From IMG/VR virus record IMGVR_UViG_3300046171_000271: a DNA stretch of 64,000 nucleotides; one strand, written 5' to 3'. This DNA is from a virus. Taxonomy: Duplodnaviria > Caudoviricetes. The position numbers and the translations under genes are program-made. The notes beneath the pieces were generated by a model. That model had not been told where the DNA came from. It did not search any database and was given only the letters and a program-made list of their open reading frames with translations. Of this stretch, positions 1 through 11,258 are shown piece by piece; the stretch's first letter is position 1, and every line of letters starts with the position of its first letter.

Positions 1-26
1 TAGAGAGAGATTATATCTATGAAAAT

Positions 27-572
27 ATGCGTCGTATTTGTAAATCATATGTTGCTCCTTTTTTAAAGATTCCTAGAAAAGGAACTATTGGAGATGATAC
101 GATCGTCATGCATTTGAGAAGCGGTGATAATTATCATAGAATTTTCGATCCACCAACTAACTATGTTCCTAATCCCCTTATCTTCTATCTTAATTTGATT
201 GATAGTTTTGATAAGTGTATTCTTATCACTGAACCTGATGACAAGAATCCTATTGTCCATGAATTAAAGATGATTGATAAAGTTCAAATTCAATCATCTA
301 CGGTTGAAGAAGACTTTGCAACTTTGATGAGTGCAAAAAATGTTGCACTTTCTGGTGTAGGAACATTTGCTATGGCAGCTGCGTTGTGTTCTAGTAATAT
401 ATCTAATTTGTTTACCACAGATTTGCTATTGACTGAACACCTAAATTATACTATGCTATTCAACACAGATGTTGAAGTTCATGTGATGGAATTGGATAAT
501 TATATTCCAGTCATTCCTTGCAGTTGGGCTAACACTGAAGAGCAGAGACAGTTTATTTTAGATTATAGATGA
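27..572 (+). CDS. GT11/alpha-1,2-fucosyltransferase-like protein, 5' end probably outside the window
   Basis: HLRSGD motif, ILITE and GVGTFAMAAA resemble the GT11 HxRxGD and SNSTFSWW regions; frame is open to the window edge. Confidence 0.6.
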   Translation: MRRICKSYVAPFLKIPRKGTIGDDTIVMHLRSGDNYHRIFDPPTNYVPNPLIFYLNLIDSFDKCILITEPDDKNPIVHELKMIDKVQIQSSTVEEDFATLMSAKNVALSGVGTFAMAAALCSSNISNLFTTDLLLTEHLNYTMLFNTDVEVHVMELDNYIPVIPCSWANTEEQRQFILDYR

Positions 573-1558
573 AAATCTTCGTAACCGGTTGTGCTGGTTT
601 GCTTGGTTCAAATTATTCACGTCATCTTCTTGAAGCGGGACATGAAGTAATAGGTATTGATGATCTCTCTGGAGGGTACAAAGCGTTTGTACCTAAAGGG
701 GAGAAATTTACATTTGTGAAATTAAACCTAGAAAAGAGGAAGAAAGTTGTTGAACTTTTTAAAGAACATCAACCTGATGTTCTCATTCATTTCGCGGCGT
801 ATGCGGCTGAAGGACTTTCTCCTTTTATTCGTAATTACAATTATCGTAATAATCTTATCGTTTCCGCTAATCTAATTAACGAGTGTATTACTTATGAAAC
901 GAAAGTTATATTTACCTCTAGTATGGCAGTCTATGGAGATCAATCTCCACCATTTACCGAAGAAAAGCGTCCACAACCTATTGATCCATATGGTATTGCA
1001 AAATACGCAGTAGAATGTGATTTGAAATTAGCACATGAGCAATTTGGATTACGATATAATATTGTTCGTCCTCATAATGTTCTCGGGGTTTATCAAAATA
1101 TCTGGGATCGATATCGTAATGTGATTGGTATCTTTATTCGTAAGGCATTGAATGGACAACCTATTCTTGTTTATGGAGATGGAGAACAAACAAGAGCATT
1201 CTCTGATATCAAATACTATATGGAACCGTTTGATAAACTCTTGACTGATCATGATGGCGAGATATTCAATATTGGTGCCGATAAACATTTCACATTAAAT
1301 GAAGTTGCAATAACGGTTCAAACAATCGCTGCAAAATATGGTTACCATGTCAACATTGAGCATGGTGAGCCACGGCATGAAGTAAAACATGCTTATTGCG
1401 ATCATACCAAAGCAAAAACAATACTTAACTTCCAGGACAATACAAATCTTAATGAACTCATTGAGAGTATGTTTGTCTGGGCAATGAAACAACCTAATAG
1501 GAAGGTGAAGGATATGGAATATGAAGTGACAAAAGAGATCTATGATTATTGGAAATAA
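569..1558 (+). CDS. NAD-dependent sugar epimerase/dehydratase (GalE-like extended SDR)
   Basis: TGCAGLLG Rossmann motif, TSSMAVYG, YGIAK (YxxxK), RPHNVLG. Confidence 0.9.
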   Translation: MKIFVTGCAGLLGSNYSRHLLEAGHEVIGIDDLSGGYKAFVPKGEKFTFVKLNLEKRKKVVELFKEHQPDVLIHFAAYAAEGLSPFIRNYNYRNNLIVSANLINECITYETKVIFTSSMAVYGDQSPPFTEEKRPQPIDPYGIAKYAVECDLKLAHEQFGLRYNIVRPHNVLGVYQNIWDRYRNVIGIFIRKALNGQPILVYGDGEQTRAFSDIKYYMEPFDKLLTDHDGEIFNIGADKHFTLNEVAITVQTIAAKYGYHVNIEHGEPRHEVKHAYCDHTKAKTILNFQDNTNLNELIESMFVWAMKQPNRKVKDMEYEVTKEIYDYWK

Positions 1559-1561
1559 ATC

Positions 1562-2209
1562 ATGCTTTTAAATTACAATCAACTTAGTTCACAATTTAAA
1601 TTTCGCCAGAATGTAACCGGTATCATCCATATTGGAGGACATACTGGTGAAGAATTTGATGATTATTGTAGGGGCGGAGTAGAAAATCTAATCGCTTTTG
1701 AACCACAAAAGTGGTGTTATGATAAGATGGTTCAAGAGGCTCATAGATGGGACTTTCCAAAAGAAAATATGTTTAATCTTGCTCTGGGAGATGAACCTGG
1801 AGAAGTTGAAATGTATTGTAATCCAGATGGAGCATCTAGTTCTTTATTGAAACCAAAACTTCATCTGGAAGTTTCTCCTGATGTTATATTTAATACAAGA
1901 GAGAAAGTTCAAGTAGTTCGACTTGATGATTTTATTGAGGAATATTGTCCGGAGCATCCTTTTAATTTCATCAATATGGATGTTCAAGGATATGAGATGA
2001 AGGTTCTCAAAGGAGCAATTAAAACTCTTGAATTGATCAAGTATGTCTACTGCGAGATAAACACTGTAGAGATGTATGAGGGTTGTCCACTTGTCTAAGA
2101 ACTGGATGAGTTCTTAGGACAATACAACCTCACGAAGGAATATGCTACTGGATTACATGGATCTGGTACATGGGGAGATGGTTTTTACATTCACGAGGAT
2201 TTAATCTGA
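1562..2209 (+). CDS. FkbM-family methyltransferase with an in-frame TAA at 2096-2098 (probable base error)
   Basis: IHIGGHTGEE, AFEP, NMDVQGYEMKVLKGA; reading through the TAA gives ELDEFLGQY...WGDGFYI to TGA 2207-2209, which overlaps the next ATG. Confidence 0.8.
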
Positions 2210-3067
2210 TGCGAGTATTTGATTCTTTTATTTTCTTTAACGAACTTGAGTTACTTGAGATGCGTCTTAACATTTTGGGTGATGTTGTAGATAAGTTTGT
2301 TCTTACTGAATCTCCTTATACAGTTAGTGGTAATGAGAAACCACTTTACTATGAGGAGAATAAAGATAAATTTGCTAAAGTGGCATGATAAGATCGTTCA
2401 CAATATCACAGAAGAGATTCCAAATGATTTCTCTCATATGATGGAGAAGAGTAAGTTTCATATTGGATATGCAGAACGCGATCCATATGGACAGCGTTTC
2501 ATTGATCTGCCTATTCGTTTTCAACGTGCCGTTTACAATCGGAATGCTAGTTGTTTTGGTATTGAAAAGGCAGGTGTAGAGGATGATGATATTGTGATGA
2601 CAAGTGATGCTGATGAAATTATCAACCCATATGTTTTAGAAGATCTCTCTTGGTTTGATCCTGATAATCATTATGTTGCAGTTGGTAATGCATATTACTA
2701 TAAACTGAACTTCCTCTATCAGGACGATTGGATGGGTACACGTTTATGTACCTGGAAGCATCTTAAGAGCACCACAATCGATCAGCACCGTCAAGATCAT
2801 GAGAATGCACACAAGATTCAGGAAGCATCTTGGCATTTTAGTTTCTTAGGTAATGCAGAAAACTTTAAATTAAAACTTGCTTCCTATGAACATACTGAAA
2901 ACTTTACTGCTGCTAATATTTCTAATGCAGAGGAGAAAGTTGAAAAAGGACTTGATCCCCTTAATCGTGGTATGACATATAGAGCAGTACCTATTGATGA
3001 AAGTTATCCGGAATATGTTCGGAATAATCAAGAGAAGTATGCAGAATTTATTAAATCATGGAATTAA
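2209..3067 (+). CDS. GT17-family glycosyltransferase, apparent +1 frameshift near 2380
   Basis: FDSFIFFNELELLEMRL N-terminus joins WHDKIVH...QRAVYNRN...SDADEI...WHFSFLG after one extra A in gctaaagtgg. Confidence 0.8.
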
Positions 3068-3981
3068 TTGAAGGTGTAGCACTATCAAAACTTTGTGATT
3101 ACTCGTTTGGCGATCAATCGGGACAATGGAGTGGCATATATACACATTTCATGAAGGAAGCTAATCTGATGAATTTTGAATTTGTTAGTAAAGTTTTTGA
3201 GATTGAGAGAAGTAGAAATTATATGACTCTGTTCATTGATAACATTCGTTTATATCATAGAAAGATTGCAGAGGTTAAAGATGAAGATTGGCCTGCTGTC
3301 AGAGCAATGATGCAAAAGAGTAATCTTCTTAATCTCTGTAGAAACTTCAAGGACATGAAGTTTATTATCTTCACCAATCTTGAAGATACTCCGATCGATG
3401 ATTACATTTATGAGTTCATTCCTGATAATGTAGTTCGCATTGTTGCTGTTAATGCCGTCACCTTTGGTGGGAAAGTGATCCCTGCACCATATGGTGTGCA
3501 GAGACGTATGAATCCAAATGATGATAGAATTGAAATTCTTAAACACTACATGAGTGAGAGAGATCCTAGATCATATAGACTTTTATATGTTGGTATAAAT
3601 GAAAACTCTCATCAAGAGCGTAAAGGTTTAACTAGCAAGTTTACTGATGAACTTTGGGCAACGGTGGAAACAGGAAGAGTTGATTTTGAAACTTACTTAA
3701 ACAATATGAGGAAATGTAAGTTTGTTCTATGTCCTAGAGGTAATGCAATTGATTGTCATAGGAACTGGGAGACAATTTACATGCGACGTGTTCCTGTAAT
3801 GAAACGTACTCCTCTATTAGAAGAATTGTATAAAGACTATAAGGTTCTCTTTGTTGACGATTACTCTGAGGTAACAGAACAGCTACTCCTGGATAATAAT
3901 CAGTTATTCCTTGATGCACAGACACAAGATTTATCCAAACTCGATCTTAATAACTTTTTTGAAACATGGAAAAAACCTTAG
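3058..3981 (+). CDS. exostosin-like (GT47) glycosyltransferase
   Basis: KFVLCPRGNAIDCHRNWETIYMRRVPV matches the exostosin C-terminal signature. Confidence 0.7.
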   Translation: MELIEGVALSKLCDYSFGDQSGQWSGIYTHFMKEANLMNFEFVSKVFEIERSRNYMTLFIDNIRLYHRKIAEVKDEDWPAVRAMMQKSNLLNLCRNFKDMKFIIFTNLEDTPIDDYIYEFIPDNVVRIVAVNAVTFGGKVIPAPYGVQRRMNPNDDRIEILKHYMSERDPRSYRLLYVGINENSHQERKGLTSKFTDELWATVETGRVDFETYLNNMRKCKFVLCPRGNAIDCHRNWETIYMRRVPVMKRTPLLEELYKDYKVLFVDDYSEVTEQLLLDNNQLFLDAQTQDLSKLDLNNFFETWKKP

Positions 3982-4689
3982 TAATATCCAATTATAACTG
4001 GGATTTGGAATGGTTGAAGATAACCTATGATTATGGATTTTCTCCTAAAAATACGGTAATTTACGATAAAAGTAGTGCTGATAAAGACTTATCGCATCTT
4101 GGTGAGGTTATTAAGTCTCCTAATGTTGGAGCTAATCAATTTGATATTCTTAGATATATTATTGAAAACTATGAAGATCTCCCAGATATGATTATGTTCT
4201 TTAAGGGGAATCTTTTTTCGAGAAGGTAAAAATTATTACACAACAGAAGAAAGATTCATACAAACCTTAAACTCTACAGAATTCTTTAGTGCTTGGGTTG
4301 ATAAAAATGTATTAGTTGGAGATCTAAGACATACTGATTACACGCCTATTGAAACACTCAATAACGGTAGATTAATACAACCCGTTGCTTGGTGTGATTA
4401 TTCATATAATAATGATCTAGAAAACAGATATTTTTCTAATCATCATGAAGTTCTTGATTGGTGTTTTATTAATCCACCCAAAACCAGAACTATTGAATTT
4501 ATACCTGCTTCAAATTTTGCAGTACCCAAAGAGTTAATATTAAAGTATTCTAAAAATTTATACGATAAACTGGCAAGTGCTTTATATTATGAACCGGATT
4601 CTAAATATGATCCAACTTGTGCAGAAGCTCATATTATTGAGAGAATGTTTTATTTAATTTGGAATCAAGATTTGACGGAAAGAGATTAA
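3966..4689 (+). CDS. DUF3431-like protein, apparent frameshift near 4210-4230
   Basis: LVISNYNWDLEWL, NVGANQFDILRYIIENYEDLPD in the first frame; FIPASNFAVPK and AHIIERMFYLIW in the second frame, ending TAA 4687-4689. Confidence 0.6.
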
Positions 4690-4737
4690 CTAGCAATCAA
4701 TAAATAACTCAGCAAAAAACATTATGGACACCTTTAA

Positions 4738-5871
4738 ATGACTACCGTACCTTATAAGGGTTCTCCAATCTTTAATGAAGATGGAACTTATAGAAAAGAA
4801 GATGATAAAGTTCAAGGAAGAAGTTACAGTAGTAATCTTTCTAAACTTGTAAAGCATATGGATAAATTGCAGGATCTTCAGCAAGGAAAACCTGCATCGC
4901 CAATTATGGCACATATTTCTCTTACTAATGCTTGCAATCTGACTTGTTCTTTTTGCTGTTTTGCAAACAGAGACATCTCAGAAAAGATGCCTACTGAAAA
5001 AGTATTTCAGGCACTTGAAAGTTTTAAAGCGATTGGAGTAACGGGGGTAGAATTTACTGGTGGTGGGGAACCAAGTATTCATCCACACTTTAAAGAAATT
5101 GTTCAATATGCTAAAGATTTGGGATTCAGTCTAGGAATCTGTACAAATGGAGCACGTTTTGGTGCTGATAGGCCCATCAAAAAAGATATTGTAGAATTAT
5201 TTGATTGGGTTCGTTTAGGAATGTATGGATTTTATGAAGGATATGATTATGACTTAAGTGTTTTTGAAGGAACTAATTGCAAACCTTCTGCTGCATACGT
5301 CTGGGATGAAAACTTGGAGACTTCTAAGAATCCAAATATTACGGGAGAGTGGAGTGATGTAAAAAATAAGCGTGTTCTTTCTAAAAAGTTTCAGACTACT
5401 GAAAATTTTATCCGTATGTTAGATTGGGTTGAAGAAAAAGAAATTCCCTGTCGTATTGCATTTAATGCAATTAAAGATGTGAAAGAAACAGAAAAAGATA
5501 TTGAAACAATCCGTGGAATTATCAACGCATACGAAGAAGATCGTGGTAGAAAACTAAAGTCTGCGTTCTTGTCTGACTTTAACTTCAAAGGAGAACGTAG
5601 AAACGATCATTGCTATATGCACATGGTAAAACCATTTTTGTTTACAGATGGGTATGTTTATGCGTGTCCATCTGCAGAGTTGTCTATTGAAAACAACTAT
5701 AACTATGTTCCTGAATCACAATTTGCTGTGTGTGACATTGATGGTATTGAAGATTTTTATAATCAAGGGCCAACTTTGAGACATCATGCTTGTCATTATT
5801 GCAAGTATGCCATGCAAAATGAACTAATTGACGATATACTTACTGATACTATACATAATGATTTCGCTTGA
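4738..5871 (+). CDS. radical SAM enzyme with C-terminal Cys-containing (SPASM/twitch-like) region
   Basis: CNLTCSFC (CxxxCxxC), FTGGGEP, ICTNG, C-terminal HCY...YACPS...CHYCKY. Confidence 0.85.
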   Translation: MTTVPYKGSPIFNEDGTYRKEDDKVQGRSYSSNLSKLVKHMDKLQDLQQGKPASPIMAHISLTNACNLTCSFCCFANRDISEKMPTEKVFQALESFKAIGVTGVEFTGGGEPSIHPHFKEIVQYAKDLGFSLGICTNGARFGADRPIKKDIVELFDWVRLGMYGFYEGYDYDLSVFEGTNCKPSAAYVWDENLETSKNPNITGEWSDVKNKRVLSKKFQTTENFIRMLDWVEEKEIPCRIAFNAIKDVKETEKDIETIRGIINAYEEDRGRKLKSAFLSDFNFKGERRNDHCYMHMVKPFLFTDGYVYACPSAELSIENNYNYVPESQFAVCDIDGIEDFYNQGPTLRHHACHYCKYAMQNELIDDILTDTIHNDFA

Positions 5872-5872
5872 T

Positions 5873-6472
5873 ATGCATCAGTTCACTAAAGATTATTATG
5901 AGGATGGTGTAAGGAAACATATCTCTGGGTATGAAGACTATAAGTGGATGCCAACTCGTTCAATTCCTGAAGCACTTGATATTCAGAATAACTTTGAGTT
6001 CAAAACTTGTGTTGATTATGGATGTGCAAAAGGTTTTCTAGTAAATGCTCTTCGTATTATTGGATGTGATGCTTGGGGAGAAGATATTAGTGAATATGCC
6101 GTTGAAAATTGTCATCCAAATGTGAAAGATTATGTATCTCTCCCGACGGATAAATTTTATGATCTATTAATTTGTAAGGATGTTCTTGAGCATGTTGAGG
6201 TTGAAGATATACCCTCTGTTCTTCAAAATTTTAAACAAAAGTCAAATCAGTTTTTCTTCGTAATTCCTCTTGGAGATAATGATAGGTTTAGAATTAGAGA
6301 ATATGAGGTAGATATTACTCATGTCACCAAGAAAGATGAAGAGTGGTGGATTAAGATGTTTGAATCTCAGGGTATGAAACTTATTAGGTTCTCATATTCT
6401 CTGGGTTCAATTAAAGAAAAATGGGTTGAACCGCATCCTCATGGTAATGGATTCTTTATTTTAGAAACTTGA
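5873..6472 (+). CDS. class I SAM-dependent methyltransferase
   Basis: VDYGCAKGFLV motif I, GEDISEYAV, DVLEHV. Confidence 0.8.
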   Translation: MHQFTKDYYEDGVRKHISGYEDYKWMPTRSIPEALDIQNNFEFKTCVDYGCAKGFLVNALRIIGCDAWGEDISEYAVENCHPNVKDYVSLPTDKFYDLLICKDVLEHVEVEDIPSVLQNFKQKSNQFFFVIPLGDNDRFRIREYEVDITHVTKKDEEWWIKMFESQGMKLIRFSYSLGSIKEKWVEPHPHGNGFFILET

Positions 6473-6475
6473 ATA

Positions 6476-7366
6476 ATGTTAGCGACGGAATTTTTGTATG
6501 GACAAGGACTTGGAAATCAATTATTTGCATATGTAACAACTAGAGTCTTAGCACATAGATTGGGTTATGATTTTGGAATCAAGGGACTTCAAAGTGCGGG
6601 AGATTCCCGTGTCAACAACAAAGGTTTTTATTTTATGAACCTTGATTATGGTAAAAAAGTTCCTGATGACATGAAACCATACTTTGAGTATCGACATGCA
6701 ATTCATACTGATGAATGGTTGCATACTGATATTCGTTTAACTGATAAAAATTTATTATCTATTTCTGATAATCATATAATCTATGGTAATCTTCAATCTG
6801 AAGATTACTTTTGTAATGAAATTGATTTAGTTAAAGAGTGGCTTAAAGTTCGTATAATGTACGAGCATGATGACACAAACGGAAAGAACATCTGCGTTCT
6901 TAATTTCCGTGGTGGAGATATGGTTGGAAATGCTGGTGCTTTTGTTCCCAGAACATATTGGGAAAATGCAATGGATCATATGTCTCAGTATAATCCGAAC
7001 ATGGAGTATTGTATTGTAACTGATGATGTCGAATCTGCTAACAGGATGCTACCAGATATTCCTGCATACCATGTTGACGTGGCATGGGATTATGTCGCTG
7101 TCAAGAATGCAAGGAATGTCATCTGCACCACCTCCACTTTCTCCTGCTTCCCTCTCTGGACATCAAAAAATCTAGAGATGTGTATTGCACCTAAGTATTG
7201 GTTCCATCATAACTTATCTCAGGGTTGGTGGAGTCTTGGATGCAGTATCTATAGTTATCCGACATATTACATGGATAGAGACGGCAAACTCTTTACACCA
7301 GACGAATGTAGAGTAGAATGGGAAGAGTATAAAAAGACTTCAAACATTTACGATGGAGACTTATGA
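6476..7366 (+). CDS. GT11-like glycosyltransferase
   Basis: GQGLGNQLF, GNLQSEDYF, FRGGD, TDD, STFSCFPLW. Confidence 0.8.
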   Translation: MLATEFLYGQGLGNQLFAYVTTRVLAHRLGYDFGIKGLQSAGDSRVNNKGFYFMNLDYGKKVPDDMKPYFEYRHAIHTDEWLHTDIRLTDKNLLSISDNHIIYGNLQSEDYFCNEIDLVKEWLKVRIMYEHDDTNGKNICVLNFRGGDMVGNAGAFVPRTYWENAMDHMSQYNPNMEYCIVTDDVESANRMLPDIPAYHVDVAWDYVAVKNARNVICTTSTFSCFPLWTSKNLEMCIAPKYWFHHNLSQGWWSLGCSIYSYPTYYMDRDGKLFTPDECRVEWEEYKKTSNIYDGDL

Positions 7367-8064
7367 TTAATTTGCCAGATGTCACATTGATATCGGTTGA
7401 TACCACCGATGATTTATCGGGGACACTTAATGGTGTTTATACTAGTATGTCTGGCATCAAATTTGGTGATGTCAAACTTATCACAACACAAGAGCAGATT
7501 GATAATAATCCTAACCTTGTAGAAGATGGTATTACGATGCAGACACCTGTGCGTGATATTAAGAACTACAATGATTACAATTATTACGTTGTATATCACC
7601 TTCATGAACATGTAGACACTTCACATTGCCTTCTTGTTCAACCCGATGGATTTGTATTATTCCCCGATAAATGGGATGATACTTGGCTTGAATACGATTA
7701 TATTGGCGCACCATGGGCGCTTGTAGAAGACGCATACATCGATCCTTTCGGTAGACACTGGCGTGTTGGCAATGGTGGATTCTCCATGCGTAGTAAGAAA
7801 TTTCTTGAAGTCCCTACTAAAGTAGAAGTACCTTGGGAAACAAACAATAGCGATTTTTATTGGATGCCTGAGGGCATTGTAAATTACCATGAGGATGGTA
7901 ATGTCTGTGTTCATAACAGACACATCTTTCAAGAACAGGGTATGAAGTATGCTCCAGTTAATGTAGCAGTCAGGTTCTCACAGGAAACCAGAGTACCTGA
8001 AGCAGAAGGTGTAACACCATTTGGTTTCCACTATAGATTACCCCCAGGAGTTGAACTATCATGA
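7363..8064 (+). CDS. DUF5672-like glycan-cluster protein
   Basis: CLLVQPDGFV, YDYIGAPW, VGNGGFSMRSKK, EDG, FSQE, PFGFH. Confidence 0.7.
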   Translation: MINLPDVTLISVDTTDDLSGTLNGVYTSMSGIKFGDVKLITTQEQIDNNPNLVEDGITMQTPVRDIKNYNDYNYYVVYHLHEHVDTSHCLLVQPDGFVLFPDKWDDTWLEYDYIGAPWALVEDAYIDPFGRHWRVGNGGFSMRSKKFLEVPTKVEVPWETNNSDFYWMPEGIVNYHEDGNVCVHNRHIFQEQGMKYAPVNVAVRFSQETRVPEAEGVTPFGFHYRLPPGVELS

Positions 8065-8867
8065 TCGGACATAATCACATTGGCAGAAACGGAAGATTTG
8101 GTAATCAAATGTTTCAGTATGCTGCAACTAGAGGTATTGCGGCAGCAAGGGGATATGATTTTATTATCCCTGATGGGCCTAGAACAGACGAAGAGTTTTA
8201 TGATGAAGAGAAACAACATAAACTCTTCATGGCATTTAATATGACAGGTGCTAAGAATATTGGTTTACTAGAGGCGAGTTATCGTAAAGAAGCATCTTTT
8301 AGATATGATAAAGAACTTGTAAAAAGGTGTCCTGATAATGTAAATCTCTACGGATACTTTCAATCAGAAAGGTATTTCTTTCATATTGAAGACGAAATTC
8401 GTGAGGATTTTACCTTTAGGGATGAAGTAGAAGAAAACTGTCATAATTTTCTAGATCAAGCAGTAAGTGAAAGTGAATTTATTACTCTTCATGTTCGTCG
8501 TACAGATCATTTAATCAAACCAACATTCCATCCAGTCTTACCTATCAGTTATTATGAAGAAGCACTTGGACGAATGCCTAAGGATATCCCTGTGGTTGTA
8601 CTCACGGATGATCCATCGTGGGCATTCGGACATAAATTCTTTGAATCAGATCGTTTCTTTATCTCTGAGAGTGACAACATTCACGATATGTGCCTCATGT
8701 CAATGTCACAATACAATATCATCGCAAACTCTACCTTCTCCTGGTGGGGAGCATGGTTAGCAGGACATAATAATGTGATTGCGCCTAAACTGTGGTTCGG
8801 CCCTGATGGGGAGGATCCTACAGACATTTACCAGCAGGAATGGGAGTATCTAGATGTCGAAAATTAG
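8061..8867 (+). CDS. GT11 alpha-1,2-fucosyltransferase-like
   Basis: GRFGNQMFQYA, GYFQSERYF, HVRRTD, IANSTFSWWGAWL. Confidence 0.9.
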   Translation: MIGHNHIGRNGRFGNQMFQYAATRGIAAARGYDFIIPDGPRTDEEFYDEEKQHKLFMAFNMTGAKNIGLLEASYRKEASFRYDKELVKRCPDNVNLYGYFQSERYFFHIEDEIREDFTFRDEVEENCHNFLDQAVSESEFITLHVRRTDHLIKPTFHPVLPISYYEEALGRMPKDIPVVVLTDDPSWAFGHKFFESDRFFISESDNIHDMCLMSMSQYNIIANSTFSWWGAWLAGHNNVIAPKLWFGPDGEDPTDIYQQEWEYLDVEN

Positions 8868-9615
8868 TCTTGCAATTCCCTGTCATGATAGGGGAGAAAA
8901 TGGCCCTCTTTGGTTAGATGAATTATTTCAATCAATCAAGTCACAAACATTTCAAGATATTGATATTGTCATCTCAGATCAAAGTGAGAATGATTTGATT
9001 TTAGATAAGTGTAAAGAGTGGAATGATGATTTTGAGTTTACCTATGTGAGGTATGAGGGAAGCACTCCCTGTGATAATATCAATACCGCTTTGGAGAACT
9101 GTACTGGTGACATCACAAAAATCATTTTTTCGGATGATGTCTTTACAAAAGACATTGCATTAGAGACTGTTGATCATGTATTAGAAAACTTTGATTGTAA
9201 TTGGATGTTCACTGGATATTGTGAGACTAATGATGGAAAAACATTTTATTCTCTTAAGCGTCCAAAGTGGGTGAAGGAAACTCTGATTGGAAGAAATCTT
9301 TTGAGTAGTCCTTCAGGTGTAGCATTTAAAACTGAATGTGGTGTGAAGTTTGATCCAAATCTAAAATTACTGTTAGATGTGGATTTCTACCACAACATGA
9401 GAATAAAAAATGGATTACCTGCCTTCTTTCCTGAAGTTTTTTATGCTAATAGGAATCATAGTAATAGGGTAAGTAGTCAATCTACATCTCAGTATGATTG
9501 TACAATTGAGCATCCTGAAGGTAATTGGATGATGAATCGCTCGGAATATGAATATATAACAGCGAAATATAAAGAATTTTTTGAGAATGATATGAGGTAT
9601 CCTGATGAAACTTGA
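8854..9615 (+). CDS. GT2-family glycosyltransferase
   Basis: ISLAIPCH, IVISDQS, IFSDD (DxD-like), SPSGVAF, DVDFY. Confidence 0.75.
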   Translation: MSKISLAIPCHDRGENGPLWLDELFQSIKSQTFQDIDIVISDQSENDLILDKCKEWNDDFEFTYVRYEGSTPCDNINTALENCTGDITKIIFSDDVFTKDIALETVDHVLENFDCNWMFTGYCETNDGKTFYSLKRPKWVKETLIGRNLLSSPSGVAFKTECGVKFDPNLKLLLDVDFYHNMRIKNGLPAFFPEVFYANRNHSNRVSSQSTSQYDCTIEHPEGNWMMNRSEYEYITAKYKEFFENDMRYPDET

Positions 9616-10417
9616 TTTAACTGATGCAACTTTTATTATTCCTATTCGTATTGAATCTGAGGATAGGCTGAGGAATGTTATTACTTCAGTCGCATTTCTT
9701 TTAAACAACTTTAACACCAATATCATTATCAAAGAGGTTGATAAGACTTCTGTATTCAAAGAGAGGGCACTTCCTCAGTTAGAAAGTTTTTTTGGAGAAG
9801 TCAAAATAAAGCATATCTTTGAAGAGAGTGATGAACCTCTGTTTCATCGTCAGAAAGTTCTCAATGAAATGATAATCGAGGCAGACACTGAAATTGTAGT
9901 TAATTATGATTGTGATGTTATTCTTCCTCTTAAATCATATGAAATGGCATACGAGGGAATTAAGCAAAAGATTTATGATGTAGTATATCCATACGGAGAA
10001 GGATTGTATCAGCGGCAAGTGAATGCAGAGGATAAAATTGTATCTGCTTTCCTTGATAGTAATGATTATTCTGTTTTAGATTCAGTCTCTAATGATCATA
10101 CATCAGACTTTGGGTGGGCTCAGTTCTTCCGCCGTAGTGTTTATATTGAAGGTGGTATGGAGAATGAAAATTTCCGTGCATATGCACCCGAGGATAAAGA
10201 GAGGTATTTTAGATTTACAACTCTGGGATATAAGGTAGGTAGAATCAGCGATGTAGTTTATCATTTAGAACATGCTAGAGGAGAAAATTCATGGTTCTCC
10301 AACCCACATATGAAATCAAATCTTCATGAGTGGGAAATGATAAGTAGAATGGACAAAAAGCAATTAATGGATTATTATTCTAAACAAGAATATCTGGAGA
10401 AGTATGCTCGCATTTAA
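9605..10417 (+). CDS. GT-A fold glycosyltransferase (GT2/GT7-C like)
   Basis: FIIPIR, YDCDV (DxD), GGMENENFRAYAPEDKE, VYHLEH. Confidence 0.7.
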   Translation: MKLDLTDATFIIPIRIESEDRLRNVITSVAFLLNNFNTNIIIKEVDKTSVFKERALPQLESFFGEVKIKHIFEESDEPLFHRQKVLNEMIIEADTEIVVNYDCDVILPLKSYEMAYEGIKQKIYDVVYPYGEGLYQRQVNAEDKIVSAFLDSNDYSVLDSVSNDHTSDFGWAQFFRRSVYIEGGMENENFRAYAPEDKERYFRFTTLGYKVGRISDVVYHLEHARGENSWFSNPHMKSNLHEWEMISRMDKKQLMDYYSKQEYLEKYARI

Positions 10418-11258
10418 TCAACTCGGAAACCTAGGAAGACTAGGAAATCAAATGTTTGAGTATGCTGCGCTTCGTGGTATTGCTGCTAAACATGGTTATG
10501 ACTGGTGTATCCCTCCATATAATGCGCAGAGTATTGAGAACTATAGTCTTCATTATTGTTTCAAGATGGAGGATGTAAAAGAAGAAAACCTTCAACAGAG
10601 GAATGCTGGATTTATTCAAGAAAGATTCTTTCAATATGATGAATATCTCGTAGAGAAGTGTCCTGATAATGTTAGTTTGCATGGATTCTTTCAATCCGAA
10701 AAATATTTCAAGCATATAGAAAGTGTCATTCGGAAAGAGTATACTTTTCATGATGAGCATCTTGAACCATGTAAACAAATCATGGATGAATTTAAGGATC
10801 AAGAACCAATTATGCTTCATGTTAGACGAGGTGATCCTAATCTGACAGATCCTCGTGGATTTAAATGGGCATACACTCAGTGTTCATCAATGCACCCACC
10901 TCAGACTATTGATTATTATGAACGTGCTCTTGCAGAATTTGATGACAATCAACCCGTCTTTGTATTCTCTGATTCTGTTGATTGGGTAAAAAAACAAGAA
11001 TTTTTTTCTGGTGATAGATTTTTTATTTCAGAACCAGTTGATAAATATGCAGATGGATCTTTTACTCCATATGCTGACTTGTGCTTGATGTCTTTGTGTT
11101 CTCATGCTATTATTGCTAATAGTAGTATGAGTTGGTGGGGTGCCTGGTTGCAGACAAACCCTAACAAAAAAGTAGTTGCGCCAAATAATTGGTTTGGCCC
11201 TGCATATGCAGATAAGGATACTACTGATCTTTATTGTCCTGATTGGATCATCCTATGA
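10404..11258 (+). CDS. GT11 alpha-1,2-fucosyltransferase-like
   Basis: GRLGNQMFEYA, GFFQSEKYF, HVRRGD, FSD, IANSSMSWWGAWL. Confidence 0.9.
   Translation: MLAFNQLGNLGRLGNQMFEYAALRGIAAKHGYDWCIPPYNAQSIENYSLHYCFKMEDVKEENLQQRNAGFIQERFFQYDEYLVEKCPDNVSLHGFFQSEKYFKHIESVIRKEYTFHDEHLEPCKQIMDEFKDQEPIMLHVRRGDPNLTDPRGFKWAYTQCSSMHPPQTIDYYERALAEFDDNQPVFVFSDSVDWVKKQEFFSGDRFFISEPVDKYADGSFTPYADLCLMSLCSHAIIANSSMSWWGAWLQTNPNKKVVAPNNWFGPAYADKDTTDLYCPDWIIL

Noticed and set aside
2096-2098. In-frame TAA in the FkbM methyltransferase as stop-codon recoding or readthrough
   Set aside because: It is a single case, and TAA ends many genuine genes here (talC, psbD, gp32). A GAA/CAA base error or nonsense mutation is simpler.
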